Origin: an uncultured Spirochaetaceae bacterium
GTDB lineage: Bacteria; Spirochaetota; Spirochaetia; SZUA-6; Bin103
DNA: 53,175 nucleotides
Direction: 5' to 3'
Assembly: GCA_964618015.1 (NCBI GenBank)
Contig: CAZTZA010000001.1
Coordinates: forward strand, 1 to 53,175
A model generated the notes under the pieces. The model did not search any database, was not told the DNA's origin, and saw only the letters and a program-made list of their open reading frames with translations. How positions within the stretch are numbered: the stretch's first letter is position 1; each line of letters starts with the position of its first letter. Below are positions 1 to 9,613 of the stretch, one piece after another. The translations under genes and the position numbers were made by a program.

Positions 1-736
1 CGGCTGGGATCTTGCCATCATAAGCTGATTTTTCGACATCGTAGATGCGAGGATCACCGCTCGCGGTACCATCGTCTGCAAACCATGCTTTGTCATGCAG
101 GTTGTTGTAAGTAGGACATGGCTGCACGATGTCCAAAAACGATAGTCCAGGGTGCTCAACCGCTCGGACGATCATCGAGACTAAATGGCGCACGTCGTAG
201 GAGTACCCACGTCCGATCCAGGTAAAACCTGAGGCGTAAGCAAGCGCGGGCCCATTGACGCTCTCCTGGATATTGGGCTCGGCTAAGCTCTTGGTTTGTA
301 AGCCCAGTTTCAGGGTCGGAGCACCTTGGCCTTGCGTGAGGCCATAAACCTCGTTATTGAAAAGCAGATAGGTCAGATCAACATTACGCCTGCCGGCGTT
401 GACAAAGTGGCCAGCGCCAATACCTAGCCCGTCCCCGTCACCACCAACAATGATAACGGTTAGCTTTGGATTTGCTAACTTGATGCCAGTGGCAAACGGC
501 AGTGGCCGGCCGTGCAGGGTATGAACGCCATAGCAGTTGACATAATACTGTGTCTTGCCCGAACAGCCGATGCCGCCAACTATCACTGTTTCGTGTGGTT
601 TACGTCCCATTGCTGCGAGTGCTTGCTGAAGGGAACCCAGGATCCCGAAGTCCCCGCAGCCCGGGCACCAATCGTTAGCATAATCTACCCGTAATTGCTT
701 GAGCGCCTGTTTACTATCCAAGGTTGCGGTGGCCAT
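1..736 (-). CDS. korB: 2-oxoacid:ferredoxin oxidoreductase, beta (ThDP-binding) subunit; 3' end runs off the left window edge
   Basis: Not in the ORF track because it is open at the edge. My minus-strand translation from the ATG at 736-734 gives MATATLDSKQALKQLRVDYANDWCPGCGDFGILGS...IVGGDGDGLGIGAGHF...FNNEVYGLTQGQ. These are the CPGCGDFG and GDGD ThDP motifs of KorB/OorB-type subunits. It starts 4 nt after the alpha-subunit stop. Confidence 0.9.
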   Translation of the reverse strand, partial: MATATLDSKQALKQLRVDYANDWCPGCGDFGILGSLQQALAAMGRKPHETVIVGGIGCSGKTQYYVNCYGVHTLHGRPLPFATGIKLANPKLTVIIVGGDGDGLGIGAGHFVNAGRRNVDLTYLLFNNEVYGLTQGQGAPTLKLGLQTKSLAEPNIQESVNGPALAYASGFTWIGRGYSYDVRHLVSMIVRAVEHPGLSFLDIVQPCPTYNNLHDKAWFADDGTASGDPRIYDVEKSAYDGKIPA

Positions 737-740
737 TTTT

Positions 741-2693
741 CTACTCCCAGGGATTCCGAATAACTTTTACAGGCTCTGCTTCGCCTGTGACTATTTGTTC
801 CAGAGGTTTTTCAAGCTCGGCGGCAGTAAGCGGGCGACCGTTATACTTCACAATCTGGTAATTTGTACGTACACCGGTACATTCGGCAAGCAGCCGAGCA
901 AACTGGCCTGAACGGTTGAGTTCAACAGTTACAATAGGCTCACCAGTTCCGTGGGTAGTGAGTAGCTCGAGCAATTCGGGTTCAGGAAAGGGCCAAAGAA
1001 GTCGGACTTGAATCAACCGAACGGCCATGTCCTTGTTTGCAGCATTCTCGATCGCCTCAAGCAGAGCCCCTTTTGTTGAGCCCCAGCTCACTATGGTAAC
1101 TGCTGGGGTTTTTTCAGTACCGTAAACTGTCAGTTTCTCAGAGGTTGGTATTTCAACTTCAGCAAGCTCTAGTTTGCGGTCACGTTTTTCGACTTGTTGT
1201 TCCCGTACTACCGGATCCTCAGTGACGCGCCCCTGCTCAGTATGTTCCCCGCCAGTTACCCAGTGCATGCCACCAGGTTGTCCCAGCACCGGGCGTGGCG
1301 AGATGCCGTCGTCGGTAACCAAAAAACGGGGAAACGATCCCTCTTCCGGCTTGCGTCCATCCGGTTCGTATCGTCGGCCCCGATCAATCGAAAGTAAGTT
1401 GGTGTTGAATCGATCTAAAGTCTGAGTAGTGCTGGCGAGCGACTTGTCAAGCAGATGTATTACTGGTAGTTGATAGTGCTCAGCGTAATTAAATGCTGCA
1501 GCGGTGTCAGCAAACGCTTCAGTCAGATCGGCCGACGCTAGTACTATCCGCGGGAACTCCCCATGTCCAGCGTGAAGAGCGCTCAGCAGGTCTCCCTGCT
1601 CAGTGCGGGTGGGCAATCCGGTTGATGGACCGCCTCGCTGCCAAAGGGTGACTACGAGGGGAACCTCGTTAATGCCGACCCAGCCCAATCCTTCAACCAT
1701 TAGCGAAAAACCGGGTCCAGATGTCGCAGTGGAAGCTCGTACGCCTGTCAGCGCCGCACCAGCAGCCATAGTAATAGCTGAGATCTCATCTTCCGTTTGA
1801 ACCACCACGATTGCTGCTTCCTCGTTGTTGTTCGCGGCTCCGGTTCGAAGCTGCTGATGTTTCTCCAGATAGGTGTTCTCTGCTGTGGCAGGGCTAATCG
1901 GGTAATAGGTTTGAAATCCGAGGCCTGCTGCTATCTTACTCATTGCCACTACCTCGCTGCCGTTCACATAGATTTGTTCTTTGCTCGCGGCGCCAGGTTT
2001 GAGGGTAAATGCAACTAATTGGTCGGCAAGGTTTTCTTGTGTGTATTCGTAGGCAAGATCGATGGCGAGGGAATTGAGTTCAATGATAGGCTTTCTTCCG
2101 CTAAATATTATATTTAGCGCGCTTATTAGATAGGCACGGTCTATTCCCAATGCTGAGCAGCAGACTGCTACCGAAATCGTGTTCATGGTACGGTCCGCAC
2201 GAGCTTGTGGGACACCCATTTCCGTAGCTAGAGAGCCAGTGATTACACCGAAATCCACAGGGAGAATTCGTACTCCACGCTCGACAGCTAGGGTCAAGAG
2301 GCCGTCAGTTCCATGCTGGAGACTACGCTTTTCTAGTAACGCGCTCAGATCGTTGATTACCCGCTCGTCTAGCATGCTCATCCGTGCGAGCGGAACATCT
2401 GCGTCACGGTTGGAGTGCACCAGCAGACCACCTTCCTTCACAGCCATTACGTGGCGGGCAAGCGTCTCTGCGTCGAAAGATGCCATGAAGTCAACTTTGC
2501 TGCGGTGACAAGTGAGCGGTCGATCAGAAACCCGCACATCGTAGTACGAGTGTCTGCCCATGATATTGGAGTAATATTCGCGGTGACCGAACACCTGCAG
2601 ACCGGCGGCTGCACATGATCGAGCAAAGAAGCGAGCTGCCGTATCAACGCCGCTACCTTGCGGACCGCCAATTCGCCACGCTATATCTGTCAT
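741..2693 (-). CDS. korA: 2-oxoacid:ferredoxin (acceptor) oxidoreductase, alpha subunit
   Basis: 650-aa ORF. The N-terminus MTDIAWRIGGPQGSGVDTAARFF and the central YYPISPAT / ATSGPGFSLM regions are typical of KorA-type fused subunits. It lies immediately upstream of the beta subunit. Confidence 0.9.
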   Translation of the reverse strand: MTDIAWRIGGPQGSGVDTAARFFARSCAAAGLQVFGHREYYSNIMGRHSYYDVRVSDRPLTCHRSKVDFMASFDAETLARHVMAVKEGGLLVHSNRDADVPLARMSMLDERVINDLSALLEKRSLQHGTDGLLTLAVERGVRILPVDFGVITGSLATEMGVPQARADRTMNTISVAVCCSALGIDRAYLISALNIIFSGRKPIIELNSLAIDLAYEYTQENLADQLVAFTLKPGAASKEQIYVNGSEVVAMSKIAAGLGFQTYYPISPATAENTYLEKHQQLRTGAANNNEEAAIVVVQTEDEISAITMAAGAALTGVRASTATSGPGFSLMVEGLGWVGINEVPLVVTLWQRGGPSTGLPTRTEQGDLLSALHAGHGEFPRIVLASADLTEAFADTAAAFNYAEHYQLPVIHLLDKSLASTTQTLDRFNTNLLSIDRGRRYEPDGRKPEEGSFPRFLVTDDGISPRPVLGQPGGMHWVTGGEHTEQGRVTEDPVVREQQVEKRDRKLELAEVEIPTSEKLTVYGTEKTPAVTIVSWGSTKGALLEAIENAANKDMAVRLIQVRLLWPFPEPELLELLTTHGTGEPIVTVELNRSGQFARLLAECTGVRTNYQIVKYNGRPLTAAELEKPLEQIVTGEAEPVKVIRNPWE

Positions 2694-2775
2694 CCGTCCA
2701 TGTCCGTTTGGGCTGTTCCTCCGTTTTTGGGTATGAGACGCATGCGTAACCGACAGCCTATAGGACTTCGCATTA

Positions 2776-2805
2776 CTATCAGTGGCGGCGCCACTTTATT
2801 GATAG
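2776..2805. promoter_or_regulatory. Imperfect palindrome/hairpin in the korA / phosphoesterase divergent region
   Basis: CTATC-AGTGGCG-G-CGCCACT-ttatt-GATAG. The core is a 7+1+7 perfect palindrome at 2781-2795, followed by a T-rich run on the plus strand. Confidence 0.25.
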
Positions 2806-2857
2806 AGAGGACACGCTGTCAAACGGACGATCCCATATAGTAGTAAATAGTAATTTA

Positions 2858-3694
2858 ATGAAAATTGCAGTTCTCGCAGACATCCACGGTAATTTACGGG
2901 CACTGCATGCAGTGTGCTACCACATCGATCGTTGGGCGCCTGATAAAGTGCTAGTAGCAGGCGATATCGTCAATCGCGGACCACGGTCGCCAGCGTGCTA
3001 CGATGTAATCGAAGAGCGTTGTGCACGTGATGGTTGGTTGGTCGTTCGCGGTAATCACGAGGAATACGTCATAGAACGTGCGACAGCTGAAGCCCCTATG
3101 CTACCCCAGGATAATGATGTGTTTGGCGCAGTAGACTGGACTCGGCGTTCATTAGGAACGCGCGTCGCAAAACTTCCCCACCTACCGACTGAACTTCGAC
3201 TTGTAACTTCGGCGGGGGAGATATTTCTTACTCACGGGTCGCTACTCGGCTCTCGGGACGGCATCTACCCACATAGCACGGATGAAGAGCTACGCAAAAA
3301 GGTCAAGCTTGAGAGCTTAGTGTTTGCTGTTGGCCATACACACCGACCATTTAACAGACGATTCAATGGATGCATGGTAGTAAACGCAGGTTCCGTCGGG
3401 ATGCCGTTTGATGGCGATCCACGACCAGCCTATGCACGGATAGAGATCGTTAAGGATCAGGTTTACGCAAAAATTGTTCGGATTTCCTACGATCAGGCTG
3501 CTGCCGAAAAAGATTTCGCTTTAAGTGGTTTCATGGACGGCAGTGGGCCGATAGGCAGGATCGTACTCGACGAATTTCGAGTCTCGCTACCTCGACTTGC
3601 GGCTTGGACGAGGAAGTACCATGAGGCGGTCCTGACCGGTAAACTGACCGTGTCGCAGTCAGTGGATTCGTTTCTCTCGGAGCTGGCAACGTAA
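2858..3694 (+). CDS. Calcineurin-like metallophosphoesterase
   Basis: 278 aa. The motif series is LADIHGN, GDIVNRGP, RGNHE and VGHTH (DxH / GDxxxRG / GNHE / GH). Confidence 0.85.
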   Translation: MKIAVLADIHGNLRALHAVCYHIDRWAPDKVLVAGDIVNRGPRSPACYDVIEERCARDGWLVVRGNHEEYVIERATAEAPMLPQDNDVFGAVDWTRRSLGTRVAKLPHLPTELRLVTSAGEIFLTHGSLLGSRDGIYPHSTDEELRKKVKLESLVFAVGHTHRPFNRRFNGCMVVNAGSVGMPFDGDPRPAYARIEIVKDQVYAKIVRISYDQAAAEKDFALSGFMDGSGPIGRIVLDEFRVSLPRLAAWTRKYHEAVLTGKLTVSQSVDSFLSELAT

Positions 3695-3701
3695 GTGACA
3701 A

Positions 3702-4115
3702 CTACGTCTGTTCGGAGGCTAACAATTCGGCTAAATCTTTACGGATTTCCTCGTCGGACAAACCAGCCTTACGGTCAAAGGCAATAGTTCGAGCAATCAG
3801 CAAGTCAAGCTTTGGATCCTCTATGTATCCATTAGGAAGGAGCCCGCTAGAACGGGCGTTGTCGATCGCCTGCTTTAATTTCGTAGGTGAAAGGGTTAGC
3901 AAACGCCGGAGCAATACTGGAATTTGTACGATTAACAACCACAGAGTGTAGGCAACCGCTCCAGCAATCGGTGCAGCTGCGGCATTAGCCCAGCGTTCGA
4001 ATGAGGAGGTCATTGCTTGCCAGCCAACTACTGAGCTGATTATCTGCGTAGCGGCTACGCCTATGCCGATGGTAACCGCGATTATACGGTCGATCGGTCG
4101 GAGTCTTCCTGGCAT
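3702..4115 (-). CDS. Hypothetical small membrane protein (start uncertain)
   Basis: The track gives 185 aa from 4259, but that start overlaps the divergent gene at 4228. The internal ATG at 4115 (MPGRLRPIDRIIAVTIGIGVAATQ...) leaves 137 aa with two hydrophobic helices and a charged C-terminal tail. No family recognised. Confidence 0.4.
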   Translation of the reverse strand: MPGRLRPIDRIIAVTIGIGVAATQIISSVVGWQAMTSSFERWANAAAAPIAGAVAYTLWLLIVQIPVLLRRLLTLSPTKLKQAIDNARSSGLLPNGYIEDPKLDLLIARTIAFDRKAGLSDEEIRKDLAELLASEQT

Positions 4116-4227
4116 CGTACAGTTGCAAGGGGAGCATACCTTTCGACTAAAATCACCTGTAGGGGCTACACATTTTTGATTCAGGCGGATAGTTGTTGTT
4201 AAGATCGACCCTACTAGTGGGCTCTGC

Positions 4228-5457
4228 ATGATGGTTCCGCGTGTTGCTTTGGTCGGCATAGGTGGCTACGGCGAGACCCTGCTCGGCATCCTCAGGGCCG
4301 CAGTCGCAGAGGGACTCTGTCGTCTAGTCGCTGCTGTGGTGCGCACACCGGGAAAATATCCCGAGTCAGAAACGGTCCTTGGGGATTTGGGTGTTCGGCG
4401 CTATTTAACTATCGATGAGTTGCTGTCCAGCGAGGATAGAAAGCTGGAGCTCGTAGTAATAGCAGCTGGAGTTTCGTGTCATGCGTACGCCGCAGTAATG
4501 TCCCTAAATGCTGGATTTCACGTTCTTTGTGAGAAGCCTGTAGCCGGATCTCTGGCCGATGCTAGGAAGATGCAAGCAGCAGCTGCGAAAGCTGGCCGGA
4601 TGCTTGCAATTGGCTATCAGGGAATTTTCAGCCCAACAATTGACCGACTGAAAAAGTTGAAGATCAACGGTGAATTGGGTGTACTACAAAATGCAAAGGC
4701 CCGGATCGGACTGCCCCGCGGAGCTCGCTATTATCAGCGTCGTGACTGGGGAGGGCAGCAGAAAACCTCTGGGGTGATGGTTTTGGATTCACCGATTCAG
4801 AACGCTACAGCTCATCATTTGCAGAACATGCTGTACTTAGCAGGGGAAAAAGTGGACAAATCGGCAACCCCGATTACGGTGATAGCAGAGAATTACCGCG
4901 CGGCACGCGGAGCGTGGGCAGATACACAATATATACAAGTTGAAACAGCTGAAAGCGTGCGGATCTCGATGCTTTCCACGCACGCCTGCCTGCAGTCGTT
5001 AAATGTACGAGTAGAATATCAATTCGATCGCGCCACCGTAATTGGTTTATCCGATCGTACCATCATCGAAACCAGCGGCGGGGTAACAGAGGAAATTTTG
5101 GAACCCCGGGAGGTAGCCTCGTTTCCATTTCGAGCGGTGATAAAGGCTATGCAGACTGGGGATTATCCGGCTTGTTCAATCGACAATGCGTTGCAACACA
5201 CGGCCTGTATTGAGGGATCTTTTGCTGCTGCTCCACCGAAGACGGTGCCTGCGGAGCACGTGATTTTAGCGACACCTTCTTCATCAATATCAAGTAATGC
5301 GAGCGGACCGGTGACCGCAATTCGAGGAATTACAGCGCTCATCCAAAAGGCTTACAAAACTGCAACTGGCTATGCTGGTGCTGGCGCAAAGTGGGCCGTC
5401 AGTCCCAGCAAGGTCTCACTAAGCGATGATTTGGCGGTCGTTTACAATGGTCAATAG
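4228..5457 (+). CDS. Gfo/Idh/MocA-family NAD(P)-dependent sugar oxidoreductase
   Basis: 409 aa. It has an N-terminal Rossmann segment VALVGIGGYGETLL and the HVLCEKPVA (EKP) motif. Confidence 0.8.
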   Translation: MMVPRVALVGIGGYGETLLGILRAAVAEGLCRLVAAVVRTPGKYPESETVLGDLGVRRYLTIDELLSSEDRKLELVVIAAGVSCHAYAAVMSLNAGFHVLCEKPVAGSLADARKMQAAAAKAGRMLAIGYQGIFSPTIDRLKKLKINGELGVLQNAKARIGLPRGARYYQRRDWGGQQKTSGVMVLDSPIQNATAHHLQNMLYLAGEKVDKSATPITVIAENYRAARGAWADTQYIQVETAESVRISMLSTHACLQSLNVRVEYQFDRATVIGLSDRTIIETSGGVTEEILEPREVASFPFRAVIKAMQTGDYPACSIDNALQHTACIEGSFAAAPPKTVPAEHVILATPSSSISSNASGPVTAIRGITALIQKAYKTATGYAGAGAKWAVSPSKVSLSDDLAVVYNGQ

Positions 5458-5552
5458 TCCGCCCGAGATAACCTTACCACTTCCAAGATAGTGAATCGCA
5501 AATATCACCGGACCTGTCCGTTAATTTAAGGGCGTTCAATGGGCTAATAGGT

Positions 5553-6860
5553 TTAAACCTTTGATTGTCGTCTTAGTGCGTCACTGGTGAAGAATATTGT
5601 CATTAGCGTCCAGAACACTACCGTGAATCGATTGGCAGTAAGGACTGGTGCTCCTACTCCTGCGAGAATCACGAACAAGCTGACTATAATATAAAATCTA
5701 GCCTGTGGCGCACCAGATTCTCGAACACCAGCCCACCCAAGGACAGCTAAAATCACCACATAAAGAGCGACAGCAAAGACCCCTCCTTGGGCCCAGTATT
5801 CAAGATAGGCGTTGTCGTACGTGGTGAATGCACCAAAACCCAGGCCCAATAGCGGACTGGACTCCATTACTTCTTTAGCTACAACTAGGACAACGCTGTC
5901 AGCGCGGAGAAACCGAGTACTGATGAGCGTTGGGATCAAGCCGGTGCTTGTCCACAGTTCACTAAAACGATTGAAGAACCATGCAAAAGCGGAACCGCCG
6001 ACTATTACGCTTACGATGATTATGGCAGCTAACAATTTGTTGCGGAATAGTTTTCCTAGCCATTTTTCCCATAATAGGTAGAATATTAAAAATGGTATTC
6101 CTCCAAATATGATTACCTTAGAGAATGATAAGAGGCCACCTACTGCCACAACCAGAAGGCGAAGATAGTCACTAGTTATAGGGGTTCGCTCTTCGAGTCT
6201 TATCATGAATATGATTAGCAATAGGCCAAAAGAGTGGTGCAAACCAGCTTCGTATGGCTGGTCAAAAATTCCAGAAAACCGGAACGCCCCTAGTGACTTT
6301 TCCGCGGTACTTAGTTGGTCTATGCCCGCTGTCCCCCAAAAGGGCCCCAACAATATCGATACGAGTTCCTCTCGTCCGATCAGGGTCAGACTAAGGGATC
6401 CAGCGGCTATAACGGCATTTATCATGAGTAGCGCTGTATAGAGTTTTATTAATCGGATAGATAGGCGCCGGAGATCGGCATCGTTAAGGCCGGCAATTAG
6501 AGTGCCAACGATTATTATTACCGCAATTGGCTGAAGATAATTTTCGACAGCTCCAAGCAACTGGCGGAAATTTTGATAAGTGCGAAATAGCAAGGTTACG
6601 CCTCCAACCAAAAGAAAAACCAATATCAATAATAGTTTTATGTCTCCCGCTGGCCGGAGTCTTAAGACGGATGGTGTACCAACCGCAATTGACGCTAGAG
6701 TAAAAAGAAAAAGAGGATAAATAAATAGATGATCGGTTCGTAGAGAACCGGCGATCAGATAAGGACCAAATGCGGCAAGGAAGAGTACAATTAGAAGCGG
6801 TTCCGAGCGGTGAGATGGATTCTTCATCGTTCGAGTAAAGGCTGCGCCTATAATCTCCAA
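5553..6860 (-). CDS. wzy: O-antigen polymerase/ligase-like polytopic membrane protein (Wzy-like)
   Basis: 435 aa with about 10-12 hydrophobic segments and visibly lower GC than its neighbours. The loop RFSGIFDQPYEAGLHH resembles the Wzy_C/O-antigen-ligase signature. Alternative start at 6827 (MKNPSHR). Confidence 0.65.
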   Translation of the reverse strand: MEIIGAAFTRTMKNPSHRSEPLLIVLFLAAFGPYLIAGSLRTDHLFIYPLFLFTLASIAVGTPSVLRLRPAGDIKLLLILVFLLVGGVTLLFRTYQNFRQLLGAVENYLQPIAVIIIVGTLIAGLNDADLRRLSIRLIKLYTALLMINAVIAAGSLSLTLIGREELVSILLGPFWGTAGIDQLSTAEKSLGAFRFSGIFDQPYEAGLHHSFGLLLIIFMIRLEERTPITSDYLRLLVVAVGGLLSFSKVIIFGGIPFLIFYLLWEKWLGKLFRNKLLAAIIIVSVIVGGSAFAWFFNRFSELWTSTGLIPTLISTRFLRADSVVLVVAKEVMESSPLLGLGFGAFTTYDNAYLEYWAQGGVFAVALYVVILAVLGWAGVRESGAPQARFYIIVSLFVILAGVGAPVLTANRFTVVFWTLMTIFFTSDALRRQSKV

Positions 6861-8161
6861 TAGGCGATACCCGCTGCCTCAACCTCAGCGGGATCGTAGA
6901 GTGATTTTACATCTATAAGGAAGCCGCGAGCCGGTATAGTTAGGGCTCTCAAAGTTTTGACAGGAAATAGCGTCTCGAAGGAGCGGTGTTTAACTGCGGC
7001 GATAATAGCATTATACGGTGCATCTTGCTCGACGTTTTCAATAAGCTCGAATCCGTAAGTAGATCGAACGTCTTCTGCGTCAGCTTCGGAATCGAATAGA
7101 GCGCAGTGGAGGCCTCGTTCTATTAGCACGTTGACGATATCAGCGACCCTCGTATTACGTGTATCGGGGACGTCTTCCTTAAACGTGAATCCTAGGATTA
7201 GCACTCTAGCTTGATCAAGCGATACGTTTTGGGACTCAATCATCTTTGCCGTTTGCTCAGCAACATAGCGACTGATGGAGTTGTTCACTTGTCTTCCAGC
7301 AAGCACCAAACTGGGTGTGTGACCATTTTCTTGTGCTACATGGATCAAGTAATAGGGATCTGTGGCGATACAGTGGCCGCCGACCAGGCCAGGATAAAAC
7401 CGCGCGAAGTTCCATTTGGTACCAGCGGTACGGAGCACTTCTTGAGTGTCTACGCCAAGCTGATGGAAGATCATAGCTGCTTCGTTAACGAGGGCTATAT
7501 TCACGTCACGTTGGGTGTTTTCTAATAGTTTTGCGGCTTCAGCCGTCTTGATGTTAGCTGATCGGTGGACATCGTGTACGATTGCTCCATAGACCTTTTC
7601 CATCAAGTCAGTTGCTGCTTCGTTTTGTCCCGCGATCACCTTGGGGATAGTCTCTAGTGAATGGTCTTGATCGCCTGGATTAACACGCTCTGGGGAGTAG
7701 CCCAAAAAAAAGTCTATCCCGCATCTCATCCCACTCTCATGAGCAAGGATCGGGCCGAGGACATCTTCTGTCACACCGGGGAAAACTGTGGATTCAATTA
7801 CGACTACGGCACCTCGCATAAGGTAGCGACCAACTGTTTGGGCCGCAGACTGGAGCGGTCTCAAGTCGGGCTTGCAAGACTCCGTAACCGGCGTTGGAAC
7901 CGCAATAATTACGAACGGGCAGTTCTTGAGCAAACTAGCGTCTGACGTAAAACTTTCACGTGCAGCACGGAGATCTTCTTTATTCGCCGAACGGGTGTGA
8001 TCAGTTCCGTTGTGCAACTCGTCTATCCTACGCTTATCGCGGTCATATGCGCATAGCGAAAAACGGTGCTGCAACGCCATTGCAAGTGGCAGGCCGACAT
8101 AGCCGAGTCCAACAACACCTATCGAAGTCGTATTGAGCTCTATGGATCTCACCATACTCAT
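6848..8161 (-). CDS. Nucleotide-sugar 6-dehydrogenase, TviB/WbpA/WbpO/CapL branch (probable UDP-GlcNAc 6-dehydrogenase)
   Basis: 437 aa. Motifs are VGLGYVGLPLA, ESTVFPGVTED, GYSPERVNPGD, ENTQRDVNIALVNE and GLVGGHCI (catalytic Cys). A GGAG SD lies about 8 nt upstream. Confidence 0.85.
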   Translation of the reverse strand: MSMVRSIELNTTSIGVVGLGYVGLPLAMALQHRFSLCAYDRDKRRIDELHNGTDHTRSANKEDLRAARESFTSDASLLKNCPFVIIAVPTPVTESCKPDLRPLQSAAQTVGRYLMRGAVVVIESTVFPGVTEDVLGPILAHESGMRCGIDFFLGYSPERVNPGDQDHSLETIPKVIAGQNEAATDLMEKVYGAIVHDVHRSANIKTAEAAKLLENTQRDVNIALVNEAAMIFHQLGVDTQEVLRTAGTKWNFARFYPGLVGGHCIATDPYYLIHVAQENGHTPSLVLAGRQVNNSISRYVAEQTAKMIESQNVSLDQARVLILGFTFKEDVPDTRNTRVADIVNVLIERGLHCALFDSEADAEDVRSTYGFELIENVEQDAPYNAIIAAVKHRSFETLFPVKTLRALTIPARGFLIDVKSLYDPAEVEAAGIAYWRL

Positions 8162-8210
8162 GTTCTATCTCCTCTCTTGAAGCACAGCGCTACCCTGAAA
8201 GTCGGGCAAC

Positions 8211-9374
8211 CTATGCCCGACGGAGCTCCTGCGCAAGAATCTCTACTATTCTTTTGGCACTCATGCCATCCCAGAGATCAGGGATCTTGTTTAGGGGCGG
8301 GCTCCCCATCGCATGTCGAAATCCCGATACGATTTCTTCAGTACTGATTCCAACCAAACGGTTGGTTCCCGTGGTGATTGTCACTGGTCGTTCAGTGCTA
8401 TCGCGAAGTGTAAGACACGGTATTCCAAGGACGGTAGTCTCTTCCTGCACTCCACCCGAGTCGGTAAACGCGATACAAGAATTATTCAAGAGTTTGAGGA
8501 AATCAAGATAACCCAAAGGGTCAGTAATCATAAGACGGTCCATTGCCTTCACCTTCTCTTGAAGCCCATGTTGATTGAGCATTTCAGTCAGTCGAGGGTG
8601 CATCGGCAGGACGATTGGAAGCTCTCTCTGAATCTGATCAAGCGCGTCCATAATACCTGAAAGAACTTTCTCGTTATCTACATTTGAAGGCCGATGAAGT
8701 GTAGCCACAGCGTAATCCATGGGTTGAAGCTCTAGTCGGTCCAGGATTTTAGAATCTTCAGCCCGCTTGCGATTTGCAAGCAAGGTATCGGCCATTACGT
8801 TTCCAACTAGAAACACCTGCTCTTTTGGGATGCCTTCTCGGGCGAGGTTTTCGACGGCTTCCTGCTCAGTACAGAAAAGTATATCGCTGATAGCGTCCGT
8901 GACGATACGATTGATTTCCTCTGGCATGGTACGGTCGCCGCTGCGCAATCCCGCTTCGACGTGGATGAGGGGGACACCCAGTTTTACGGCCACTAGGCCG
9001 CAGGCGATTGTACTGTTGACGTCACCGACTACCAGCACCGCGTCAGGCTGATGTTCCAACAACACCGGTTCAAATAATTTCATTATGGCTGCGGTTTGTG
9101 CCGCATGACTCCCGGAGCCTACGCCGAGATTGAAATGGGGGTGAGGGATAGACAAGTCACGGAAAAAAAGATCGCTTAACGCCTCGTCATAGTGCTGTCC
9201 AGTGTGGACCAATAGCGGATCGAATAATTCCGTCTGGTCGTAGGCAGCCATCAAGGGAGCAATCTTGACAAAATTAGGGCGGGCCCCTACTACGTTAGCG
9301 ATTCGAATTCGGCGACGAAGCGTCGTATTTTGACGGGTTGGATTATCTTCAGCGCCAATGTCTCTGCCTACCAT
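8211..9374 (-). CDS. wecB: Non-hydrolysing UDP-N-acetylglucosamine(uronate) 2-epimerase (WecB/MnaA/WbpI family)
   Basis: 387 aa. Motifs are VVGARPNFVKIAPL, HTGQHYD, VVGDVNST, HVEAGLRS and TDSGGVQEE. Confidence 0.9.
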   Translation of the reverse strand: MVGRDIGAEDNPTRQNTTLRRRIRIANVVGARPNFVKIAPLMAAYDQTELFDPLLVHTGQHYDEALSDLFFRDLSIPHPHFNLGVGSGSHAAQTAAIMKLFEPVLLEHQPDAVLVVGDVNSTIACGLVAVKLGVPLIHVEAGLRSGDRTMPEEINRIVTDAISDILFCTEQEAVENLAREGIPKEQVFLVGNVMADTLLANRKRAEDSKILDRLELQPMDYAVATLHRPSNVDNEKVLSGIMDALDQIQRELPIVLPMHPRLTEMLNQHGLQEKVKAMDRLMITDPLGYLDFLKLLNNSCIAFTDSGGVQEETTVLGIPCLTLRDSTERPVTITTGTNRLVGISTEEIVSGFRHAMGSPPLNKIPDLWDGMSAKRIVEILAQELRRA

Positions 9375-9577
9375 GAGCGATAGCTAGAACCCATATTGCT
9401 CAACATATTTTGAATCACTATACGAGTCGAGACGAGCGCGGTTCAAACGTCTTTCACTCACCTCGATAACATCGCTGACATATGCAAACGGGGGGCGGTT
9501 CATTTAGGCAGATAAAATGGAGAACTATTGATGACTGTGACCAACCGAACATGTTCAGCGTCAATGCGCGGTACAGT

Positions 9578-9605
9578 TTGCCGCCCCAAGGTTAGCAGCT
9601 ATAAT
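9578..9605 (+). promoter_or_regulatory. Candidate sigma70-like promoter (TTGCCG-16 nt-TATAAT) for the 9614 operon
   Basis: TTGCCG lies at 9578-9583 and TATAAT at 9600-9605. The annotated ATG (9614) sits only 8 nt after the -10 box, implying a leaderless or near-leaderless transcript. Confidence 0.35.
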
Positions 9606-9613
9606 ACGCGGAG

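Noticed and set aside
5799-5811. 13-nt identity (TTCAAGATAGGCG) between the wzy coding region and the right arm of the 29972-29988 palindrome (29978-29990)
   Set aside because: The left arm is absent at 5799, the match lies inside a coding region, and a single 13-mer match in 53 kb on two strands is compatible with chance.
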